NCBI GenBank assembly: GCA_964235815.1
Contig: CAXSCF010000001.1
Coordinates: forward strand, 26,313-90,312
Origin: an uncultured Sphingomicrobium sp.
Lineage (GTDB): Bacteria; Pseudomonadota; Alphaproteobacteria; Sphingomonadales; Sphingomonadaceae
DNA: 64,000 bases
Reading direction: 5' to 3'
The notes beneath the pieces are model-generated. The model saw only the letters and a program-made list of their open reading frames with translations. It was not told where the DNA came from and ran no database searches. The position numbers and the translations under genes are program-made. Of this stretch, positions 54,511 through 62,445 are shown piece after piece; position 1 is the stretch's first letter, and the number at the start of each line of letters is the position of its first letter.

Positions 54511-55701
54511 GTGGCTCTTGTCACGCGCCGCGCGGCGCTCCCAAGAGCGCCATCGTCATGCCACAGTCGCACGGCAATCGGCCATTTCGCACAAGAGGTT
54601 ACGATCATTTTCGAAACGTCGACCACGCCCGCCGCTCCAGCCCCGGACACGGCTCCTGCGCCGCTCAAGGCGCAGTGCAACGACAAGGCGATGCTGCGCG
54701 CCGCGGCGGACGTGACGCGCGACCTCAACGTGCCCTCGGCGCGGACTTACTGGACCGACTTCCTCGCCTCGGCGGCGGTGGGCTATGCCGCGCTGGCGCT
54801 GGCCGCGATGACCCCTAGCGGGCTAGTCATGATCGTTGCCGGGCTAGTCAGCATCGTCGGCCTGTTCCGCGCCGGCAGCTTCATCCACGAACTGACCCAC
54901 ATCAAGAAGGGCGAACTGCGGGGCTTCAAGCTCGGCTGGAACCTCATCGCCGGGGTGCCGTTGCTGATCCCATCGTTCCTCTATGAAGGGATCCACAACC
55001 TTCACCATGCCAAGATCCGCTACGGCACGGTCGAAGATCCCGAATATCTTCCGCTCGCGCTGATGAAGCCGTGGACGCTGCCGGTGTTCCTGGTCGCCGC
55101 GACGCTGGCCCCGCTCGCCTTGATGTTCCGCTTTGCCGTGCTCGCGCCGCTGTCGCTGCTCGTCCCGCGCCTGCGCACTTTGGTCGTCGAACGTTATTCG
55201 GGACTCCAGATCAACCCCCACTTCCGCCGCAAGCCGGCCGAGGGCGAGTTGGCCCGCCAGTGGCGCTGGCAGGAAGCCGCGGCGAGCGTGTGGGCCATCA
55301 CCTTGATCGCGCTGGTCGCGACGGGGCTTGTCTCGCTCCACGTTTTTGCCGTGTTCCTGGCGATCACCGCCGGCACGATGCTGCTCAACCAGACGCGCAC
55401 GCTGGTCGCGCATTTGTGGGAAAATGACGGCGAGCCGCTGAGCGTGACCGAACAGTTCCTCGACAGCGTCAACGTCCCGCCGCCCGGCCCGATGGCCGAG
55501 TTCTGGGCGCCGGTGGGCTTGCGCTATCACGCGCTGCACCACCTCCTGCCGGGATTGCCCTATCACGCGCTGCCGACCGCGCATCGCCGGATCAAGGCTG
55601 CGCTGGCGTCCGATTCGGCCTACCACGGGGCCAATTATGGTGGGTTGTTGCCGCTTGTCAGACGGCTGGCGGCAGCGTCGTGGCGCGGACGACCCGCCTG
55701 A
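54511..55701 (+). CDS. Membrane fatty acid desaturase family protein
   Basis: Three His boxes: HELTH, HNLHH, HALHH. The listed start is a GTG only 22 nt from the divergent GNAT start; the ATG at 54691 is a plausible true start. Confidence 0.75.
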   Translation: MALVTRRAALPRAPSSCHSRTAIGHFAQEVTIIFETSTTPAAPAPDTAPAPLKAQCNDKAMLRAAADVTRDLNVPSARTYWTDFLASAAVGYAALALAAMTPSGLVMIVAGLVSIVGLFRAGSFIHELTHIKKGELRGFKLGWNLIAGVPLLIPSFLYEGIHNLHHAKIRYGTVEDPEYLPLALMKPWTLPVFLVAATLAPLALMFRFAVLAPLSLLVPRLRTLVVERYSGLQINPHFRRKPAEGELARQWRWQEAAASVWAITLIALVATGLVSLHVFAVFLAITAGTMLLNQTRTLVAHLWENDGEPLSVTEQFLDSVNVPPPGPMAEFWAPVGLRYHALHHLLPGLPYHALPTAHRRIKAALASDSAYHGANYGGLLPLVRRLAAASWRGRPA

Positions 55702-55704
55702 AGC

Positions 55705-56802
55705 TCATTCTTCCGAGCGGACCAGCACCATCTCGCCGATGAACAAAAACAGCAGGAACGGCGCCCACGCCGCCAGCAGCGGCGGATAGGCCCCGACATT
55801 GCCCAGCGCCAGGCTCAGGCTATCGACCAGGAAATAGGTGAAGCCCAGCGCCATTCCGATCGCGGCGCGGATCAGCACCTGACCCGATCGCGCCAGCCCG
55901 AACGCGGCCAGGCCGGCGAGCAACGGCATCAGCGTGATCGACAGGGGGCCACTGATCTTGTGCCACCATCCGCTGCGCGCCGTCGCCGACGGACGCCCCG
56001 CGCGATCGAGGTCGGTAATCGCCTGTTCGAGCGAGTTGAAGTCCTGGCTTGTGGCGTTGATTTTGGCGAGCGTGAAGCGCGTCGCTTCAACGCCGTTCAG
56101 CGTGTCGAGGATCGGCTGCTTGCGCACGACATTCATCGCGGTGTCGTACGTCCGTGCGTTAAACAATCGCCAACCGCCCGGTCGCTGGCGGGCAAGGGGC
56201 GCATCGATCAATCCTTCAAGCGCTCCGCCGCTGCGCTGATAGATGGTCACTCCCTCCAACCGCACCTTCGCGCCGCGCCCGGCGACCAGCCGGACGTGGA
56301 CCAATTGCTCGCCGTCGCGCGCCCAGACATTACTGAGCACTCCACTGTCGGGCGGGATCGGCTTGTAATCGGCACCCGTCCAGGCGTCGGCCGTGCGCGA
56401 GGCGCGGACCACCACCGTTTCGTTGAAGGCAAAGGCGATCAAGGCCACGGCGATACTGGCGAGGATCATCGGCGCGAGTATCTGGTGCGCCGACAGTCCC
56501 GCCGCCTTCATCGCCACCACTTCGCTATTCTGATTGAGACTGGTGAGGGCGATCAGCGTGCCGAGCAGTATCGCGAACGGCAGAAAGCGCGATGCGAGCA
56601 TCGGAACGCGCAACCCGACATAGCGCCACAGCTCGGGTTCGCCATTGCCGGGGACGGCAAGAATCTTGCCCGATTCGCCCAGCAGGTCGAGCGCCATCAG
56701 CACCATCACGAGCATGATCAGCACGGCGAAGCTACGGCTCGCGAACAGCCGCGCCATGTAGATCGCGATCCGCCGCGAAGGGAGGAAGTTGAAACCGGTC
56801 AT
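55705..56802 (-). CDS. lptG: LPS export ABC transporter permease LptG
   Basis: YjgP/YjgQ permease pattern (LPSRRIAIYMARLF...). The internal ATG overlaps the lptF stop (ATGA). Confidence 0.8.
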   Translation of the reverse strand: MTGFNFLPSRRIAIYMARLFASRSFAVLIMLVMVLMALDLLGESGKILAVPGNGEPELWRYVGLRVPMLASRFLPFAILLGTLIALTSLNQNSEVVAMKAAGLSAHQILAPMILASIAVALIAFAFNETVVVRASRTADAWTGADYKPIPPDSGVLSNVWARDGEQLVHVRLVAGRGAKVRLEGVTIYQRSGGALEGLIDAPLARQRPGGWRLFNARTYDTAMNVVRKQPILDTLNGVEATRFTLAKINATSQDFNSLEQAITDLDRAGRPSATARSGWWHKISGPLSITLMPLLAGLAAFGLARSGQVLIRAAIGMALGFTYFLVDSLSLALGNVGAYPPLLAAWAPFLLFLFIGEMVLVRSEE

Positions 56803-58040
56803 GCCACGGTTGCGCCGCGCAGCCGGCGGCGTGGACGCAGCTTGCCGATCCACTTGCCAAGCGTGGCAAAGGCGGCCTCGAGCGCGCCGATCGGTTGACC
56901 GCCGGGACGGTGGGCGATGACGTGGTACATCCAGCCGATCAAAGCGACGAAGGCAAGAAACGGCAACCACAGCGCCAGTTCAGGGATCAGGCGCCCCTGC
57001 GCGCCCGCGCTTTCGGCATATTGATTGATCTTGTGATAGGTCACGACCATCACGATCGCGATGAAGATGCCGAGCCCCGACGACGATCGCTTGGGTGGCA
57101 CCGCGAGCGCGATGGCAAGCAATGGCAGCATCAACATCATCACCACTTCGACCAGCCGGTAATGGAGGTTGGCGCGCGCCTCGAGATTATCATGCACGCT
57201 GACCCTGGCTGCGGCGGCACCATAAGCGCGTGAGCTGATCTCCATCAGGTTCAACTCCTCGCGATCGCTGCCGCGGCCGCGAAACGGGTCGATCGAGGGC
57301 AAGTTGATCGGCATGTCGTAGCTGTCGAAGGCCAACGTGCGCGGGGTAGTAAATTTGGGGCTGTCCTGCACTAACCGGCCTTTCTTGAGCCGAAAGATGA
57401 TCGTGTCGGGATCGCCGGTCGACAGGAACTGACCGCTTTGCGCGCTCGCCGCGATGCGCATCCCGTTCGTGTCTTCGAGCGCGGTGAAGATGCCGCCGAG
57501 ACTGGTGCCCTTCTTTTCGCTGCGATCGATCCTCAGCGTCATGTGCTTGCCCATGGTGTTGAACTCGCCGACCTTGATCGCCGCGCCGAGCGCGCCCGAA
57601 CGCAGGTCGAACCGCAACCCTTCGTAGCGGTAGCGCGAATAGGGCTCGATCCAGCCGACGATTGCGATGTTGAGCAGCAGCAAGCCGACGGCGAAGGCGT
57701 AGGGCACGCGCAGCAAGCGACCATAACCGATCCCGATGCCGCGCAGCGCGTCGAGCTCGGACGACAGCGCGAGCTTGCGAAAGGCGAGCAGGATGCCAAG
57801 CAGCAGCCCGATCGGGATGCCCAACGCGAAATATTCGGGGAGCAGATTTGCGAGCATCCGCCAGACCACGCTGACCGGCCCGCCGGCATCGATCACGAAA
57901 TCGAACAGGCGCACGATCTTGTCGAGCACCAGCAGCATCGCCGCCAGCAGAAGCGTTCCTAGCAACGGAACGGTGATGCTTCGCGCCAAATATCGGTCGA
58001 TCAGGGCAAGCCGTCCCACGTTTCGTCGTCCCTGCACCAT
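56799..58040 (-). CDS. lptF: LPS export ABC transporter permease LptF
   Basis: LIDRYLARSITVPLLGTLLL... YjgP/YjgQ family. I use the internal ATG at 58040, and a later GTG start is possible. Confidence 0.8.
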   Translation of the reverse strand: MVQGRRNVGRLALIDRYLARSITVPLLGTLLLAAMLLVLDKIVRLFDFVIDAGGPVSVVWRMLANLLPEYFALGIPIGLLLGILLAFRKLALSSELDALRGIGIGYGRLLRVPYAFAVGLLLLNIAIVGWIEPYSRYRYEGLRFDLRSGALGAAIKVGEFNTMGKHMTLRIDRSEKKGTSLGGIFTALEDTNGMRIAASAQSGQFLSTGDPDTIIFRLKKGRLVQDSPKFTTPRTLAFDSYDMPINLPSIDPFRGRGSDREELNLMEISSRAYGAAAARVSVHDNLEARANLHYRLVEVVMMLMLPLLAIALAVPPKRSSSGLGIFIAIVMVVTYHKINQYAESAGAQGRLIPELALWLPFLAFVALIGWMYHVIAHRPGGQPIGALEAAFATLGKWIGKLRPRRRLRGATVA

Positions 58041-58129
58041 GATTTGGCCGCAAACGGGCCCGACATACACTGTGACGGCGACTCCCGCAGAATGGGGGGC
58101 GGAGACACCGGAACTTCGGCTGTAGCAGA

Positions 58130-58651
58130 ATGGACATGGATTTCATGCGCAAATCTCGCTCTCCCCTGGCTTTCGGGGCCACGCTCGTCGCGCTCGGCCT
58201 TGCCCAGCCCGCGGCTGCGGTCATCGTCGGCGCGGACGCGGCCGTCTGTGCCGCGGGCAAGCCGGCCCTGCTTGTCCGCGTCGCCGGGCTGCAGCGGCCG
58301 ACTGGCTCGCTCAAATTGTCGGTCTATGGCAATAATCCGTCGGTCTATCTCAAGAAGGAGGGGCGCCTGCGCCGGATCAAGGTGCCGGTCAGCAGCCGCG
58401 GCCCGATCGACGTTTGTATCGCAGTGCCCGGTGCGGGTCGCTACGCCGTCGCGGTCCATCACGACCTCAACGGCAATGGCGACAAGGATCGCCACGACGG
58501 TGGCGGCTATTCGAACAACCCGCGCGTTTCGTTGATGAACATGCGGCCTGCCTTTGCGCGGACGGCAGTGTCCGTCGGCCGTTCGCCGACCCGCACCGAA
58601 GTCCACTTGCTCTATGTCCACGGCCTGTCGGTGGGGCCTGCGCAAAGCTGA
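58130..58651 (+). CDS. DUF2141 domain secreted protein
   Basis: Signal peptide (MRKSRSPLAFGATLVALGLAQPAAA). The HHDLNGNGDKD motif is typical of DUF2141. Confidence 0.65.
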   Translation: MDMDFMRKSRSPLAFGATLVALGLAQPAAAVIVGADAAVCAAGKPALLVRVAGLQRPTGSLKLSVYGNNPSVYLKKEGRLRRIKVPVSSRGPIDVCIAVPGAGRYAVAVHHDLNGNGDKDRHDGGGYSNNPRVSLMNMRPAFARTAVSVGRSPTRTEVHLLYVHGLSVGPAQS

Positions 58652-59625
58652 TGAAGCGACCGAGGATCGCCTTGCTGTCGAACCCCAAGTCGACCGGAAA
58701 TATCGCCCAGCTGCCGCGGATTCGCGCCTTTTGCGCCGATCACATCGATATTTTCCATTATGAGGTCGAGCGCGCTAACCAGATCGGCGAAGCGATGGCG
58801 ACGATCGCCCGCGTCCAGCCCAAATTGCTGGTCATCAACGGCGGCGACGGCACTGTCCAGGCGGCGCTGACCGAGCTCTACAATGGCGGTCACTTCGGCG
58901 CCTCGCCGCCCCCCGTCGCGGTACTGCCAAGCGGCAAGACCAACCTCATCGCGCTTGATCTGGGCGCCGGGGGAGATCCGGTGGTGGCGCTTGGGCGACT
59001 GCTCGAACTCGCCCAGAGCGACCTTGCCCCGCACATTGTCCCGCGCGAACTGATCGCGCTGTCGGGCGGAATGGACGGGATCAAGCCGGTCATTGGCATG
59101 TTCCTCGGCGGAGCTGGCCTTGCCGACATCATGCTTTACTGCCGCAACCGAATTTACCCGCTCGGATTGCCCAATTCGATCAGCCATATCATTACCGCAA
59201 TCGCCGTCGTGCTGGGTCAGGTGTTTCGCATGCGCGCCAGCTTCCTTCCGCCCGAGCCGGCGCACCTCAGCGTCTCCTTGCGCCGGGAGGGAGCGATGCG
59301 AGGCCGTTTCTCGTTGCTGTTTGTCACGACCCTCGAAAAAGTCCTGCTGTCGAGTGACGTCGGCTCACACCACAGCGGCTCGCTCAAGTTCGTCGCGGTT
59401 GAGCAGCGGTCGGGGTCGTTGCTGCGCGCCTTTGGAGCAAGCCTTTTCGGACGCCTCGGCAAAACCAAGATGGCGGGCGTTCACGTCGAGGAAGCCGATG
59501 AAATCTCGATCGAGGGCGAAGGCAGCGACGTGATCCTCGACGGTGAAACGTTCCGCGCGGGTATCGGCAAGCCCATCCTGCTTCGCTCGGCGCTGCCACT
59601 GTCGTTCGTGCGCCTCGCCGCCTGA
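58651..59625 (+). CDS. Diacylglycerol-kinase-fold lipid kinase (YegS/BmrU-like)
   Basis: LLVINGGDGTVQ and LPSGKTNLIA catalytic-domain motifs. The start overlaps the DUF2141 stop (TGATG). Confidence 0.7.
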   Translation: MKRPRIALLSNPKSTGNIAQLPRIRAFCADHIDIFHYEVERANQIGEAMATIARVQPKLLVINGGDGTVQAALTELYNGGHFGASPPPVAVLPSGKTNLIALDLGAGGDPVVALGRLLELAQSDLAPHIVPRELIALSGGMDGIKPVIGMFLGGAGLADIMLYCRNRIYPLGLPNSISHIITAIAVVLGQVFRMRASFLPPEPAHLSVSLRREGAMRGRFSLLFVTTLEKVLLSSDVGSHHSGSLKFVAVEQRSGSLLRAFGASLFGRLGKTKMAGVHVEEADEISIEGEGSDVILDGETFRAGIGKPILLRSALPLSFVRLAA

Positions 59626-59627
59626 CG

Positions 59628-60488
59628 ATGACGACGATCGAGGCGCTCGTCGCCGATGAACTGGCACAACCGGTCGATCCACGCGTCGCGGCGATGGCCA
59701 GGGCGGTGGCGGCGCGGCACGGCGCGGCGAGCCGCGCGGTGCTGTTCTACGGATCCTGCCTGCGGGAACGGCAACTCGACGGGTTGATGCTCGATTTCTA
59801 TTTGATCGTGTCGGACTATCGCAGCGCCTATGACAAGCCGTGGCTGGCGCGCGCCAATGCGCTGATCCCGCCCAATGTCTTTCCTTTCGAGCACGCCGGT
59901 CTGGCTGCCAAATATGCCGTCCTCAGCGAAGCCGACTTTGCGCGCCTCAATCGGCCGGAAACGCGCAACGTGTCGGTGTGGGCGCGCTTCGCCCAGCCGT
60001 CGCGACTGGTGTGGGCCGCCGACGACAAGGCGCGCCATGCAACCGTGGCCTCGGTCGCGCGCGCCGCGCCGACCCTGCTCGCCGCGGCCGGGCGGATCGC
60101 GGGGGAAGCGCCGCTCGACTGGTGGCGGCGGGCCTTTTCGCTTACCTATTCGGCCGAGCTTCGCGCCGAACGCAAGACCCGCGCCGGATCGGTCGTCGAT
60201 CAGGACCGCGCCCGCTACGAACGCTTTTCGCAAGCTGCCATCGCCGCCATTTGCCCCACTGCCTCGAGCGGGGGTTGGGGGCGCCGGCGGATCGAGGGCA
60301 AATTGCTATCGGTTGTGCGTCTCGCCAAAGCCAGCGCGACCTACGCCGGGGGCGCCGAGTACATCGTGTGGAAGATCAATCGCCACGCCGGGACCGATTT
60401 CGTGCTTAAGCCGTGGCAGCGGCGCCATCCCTTGCTCGGCGCGCTCAGCCTGTTGCCGCGGCTCCTGAAATCGGGTGCGATCCGCTAG
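59628..60488 (+). CDS. Tam41/Mmp37-like nucleotidyltransferase-fold protein (tentative)
   Basis: VLFYGSCLRE..LDFYLIVSDY...NVFPFEHAGLAAKYAVLSEADFARL...WARFAQPSRLV is colinear with my memory of the Tam41 motifs (GYGSGV, DLILVV, YFNPF..IKYGVV, LYLAGRLQKPV). It starts 2 nt after the kinase stop. Confidence 0.45.
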   Translation: MTTIEALVADELAQPVDPRVAAMARAVAARHGAASRAVLFYGSCLRERQLDGLMLDFYLIVSDYRSAYDKPWLARANALIPPNVFPFEHAGLAAKYAVLSEADFARLNRPETRNVSVWARFAQPSRLVWAADDKARHATVASVARAAPTLLAAAGRIAGEAPLDWWRRAFSLTYSAELRAERKTRAGSVVDQDRARYERFSQAAIAAICPTASSGGWGRRRIEGKLLSVVRLAKASATYAGGAEYIVWKINRHAGTDFVLKPWQRRHPLLGALSLLPRLLKSGAIR

Positions 60489-62427
60489 ATCCGCGCGCCA
60501 AGGCCCCGGCCACCGAGGATGCCAGCGCGGCGACCGTGAAGGGCTTGCGGAGCAGTTCATGCCCGACCAGATCGTCGCTGTCGCCATCCCCGACGAAGCC
60601 GGTAACGAACAGGACCGCGATGTCGGGGCGCCGGGCCCGCAACTCCCGGATCAGCTCCGGTCCGGTCATTTCGGGCATGATCACGTCGGACACGACGAGC
60701 TCGAAATCGGCTGCGGCGAACAACCGCATCGCTTCCGCCCCGCTGGAGCAGCTGACCGGGTCATAGCCCAGATCCTCAAGCGCTCCGACGGTCGCGGTCC
60801 GCACGCGCGGATCATCCTCGACCAGCAGGATCCGCGCTCCGGGAACGGTGATGTCGGCTTCCTGGCGCTGCGCTGCAGGATGCAGGCGGACGTTGGTCGC
60901 GGCTTCGGCGGTGCGCGGCAGATAGATTGATACGGTCGTGCCCTTGCCCGGACGACTGTCGATCCCGACCTCGCCCCCTGACTGGTGCGCGAAGCCGAAG
61001 ATCTGGCTCAGCCCCAGCCCGGTGCCCTTGCCGACGGCCTTGGTGGTAAAGAAAGGCTCGAACGCGCGGTCGATAACTTCCCGACTCATTCCGCAACCGC
61101 TGTCGCTTACCGAAATGCGAAGATAATCGCCCGGCTGAATGTCCCCGACGGCGTTGGCGGTGACCGTCTCGTTGGCGGTCGAGATTGTCAATTCACCCTC
61201 GCCATCCATCGCGTCACGGCCATTGACCGCAAGGTTGAGAATGGCATTCTCGAGCTGGTGCATGTCAACGAATACCGGCCATGCGGCAGGGTCGAGCACG
61301 GTGCGCACTTCGACCCGCTCGCCCAGCGTTCGGTCGAGCAACTCGCTCATGCCGCCGACCAGTTGCGCGCTGTCGACGCATTCGGGAAGCAGGGGCTCGG
61401 ACCGCGCGAAGGACAGTAAGCGGCGGGTCAGCGCCGCGGCGCGCGTGGCGCCTTCCATCGCGTTGGTGAGGTGGATCATCACTTCGCTGCGCGGGCCGTT
61501 GAGCCGCCGCCGGGCGAGATCGATCCCGCCGACGACCACGGCCAGCATATTGTTGAAGTCGTGCGCGATGCCCCCGGTCAACTGGCCAACGGCTTCCATC
61601 TTCTGAACCTGGCGCAGCTGGGCTTCGGCGGCGTGGCGTTCGACCGCTTCGGCCTTTAGCGCAAGGTTGGCGTCGCTCAGTTCGCGGGTGCGATCGGCGA
61701 CCGCCTGCTCAAGCACCTGCGAGCGTTCGGCTTCGCTGTCCGCCTCGCGCCGCGCGATCGCGTTGAGGCGCAGGGCCTGGACCGCGACCGCGCCGAGAAA
61801 CACCGCCATCGCCCCGACGATCACCCCCAGCCAGCTTAGATAATCGCTCAATTTATCGGCGCGAGCGGCAAAGAAACGAGTCCGCTGCATTCGCTCGTTG
61901 AGAACCAGTCGCTCGCCTTCGGCAATATCGCTCAGGACACGCCGCACTGCGGGCCCGGTCGGCGACTGCGCCGCGGCGTAATAATAGCCCGTGCCTCCGG
62001 CGCCGCGCCCGGCGACCGTGGCTCGCGCGGCGAGCGCAAATTCTTCGCCACGCTGGCGATACAATTGTTGCAGTCGGATCAGCCGATCGCTTTGCGACGG
62101 CTCGTCGTGAAGCAATTTGCCCAGATCGAAGATTTGCTGCCCGGCTAGGCGCCACTGCGAATAATAGATGTTGCCACTGGTCTTGACCTGCTCGTCAAGC
62201 ACGAACCGCCCGAGCGCGGCTTCGGCCCGCGACACGCTGGCATCGAGCGAGCGGGTCAGCAAGGTCACTTCATAAGCGTGGCGCTCGCCATCGAGCGCTT
62301 CGTCGCGGGCATCGTTCGATGCCGCCACCAGGAACACCATGCCGAGCAAAATAAGCGCGGCAAGCAGCGCCCCGGCGGCCGCCCCGCCACCGCGCCAGTC
62401 AAAGCGCCGATCTTCCCCTGCGGTCAT
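60445..62427 (-). CDS. Hybrid sensor histidine kinase/response regulator with a CHASE3-like sensor region
   Basis: Two TM segments flank a ~170-aa sensor, followed by a coiled coil, the H-box GGIAHDFNNML, an HATPase domain (GTGLGLS) and a C-terminal receiver (ILLVEDD...). Confidence 0.85.
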   Translation of the reverse strand: MTAGEDRRFDWRGGGAAAGALLAALILLGMVFLVAASNDARDEALDGERHAYEVTLLTRSLDASVSRAEAALGRFVLDEQVKTSGNIYYSQWRLAGQQIFDLGKLLHDEPSQSDRLIRLQQLYRQRGEEFALAARATVAGRGAGGTGYYYAAAQSPTGPAVRRVLSDIAEGERLVLNERMQRTRFFAARADKLSDYLSWLGVIVGAMAVFLGAVAVQALRLNAIARREADSEAERSQVLEQAVADRTRELSDANLALKAEAVERHAAEAQLRQVQKMEAVGQLTGGIAHDFNNMLAVVVGGIDLARRRLNGPRSEVMIHLTNAMEGATRAAALTRRLLSFARSEPLLPECVDSAQLVGGMSELLDRTLGERVEVRTVLDPAAWPVFVDMHQLENAILNLAVNGRDAMDGEGELTISTANETVTANAVGDIQPGDYLRISVSDSGCGMSREVIDRAFEPFFTTKAVGKGTGLGLSQIFGFAHQSGGEVGIDSRPGKGTTVSIYLPRTAEAATNVRLHPAAQRQEADITVPGARILLVEDDPRVRTATVGALEDLGYDPVSCSSGAEAMRLFAAADFELVVSDVIMPEMTGPELIRELRARRPDIAVLFVTGFVGDGDSDDLVGHELLRKPFTVAALASSVAGALARGSSGSHPISGAAATG

Positions 62428-62445
62428 GGCTCGTGTCTAGTCCCC

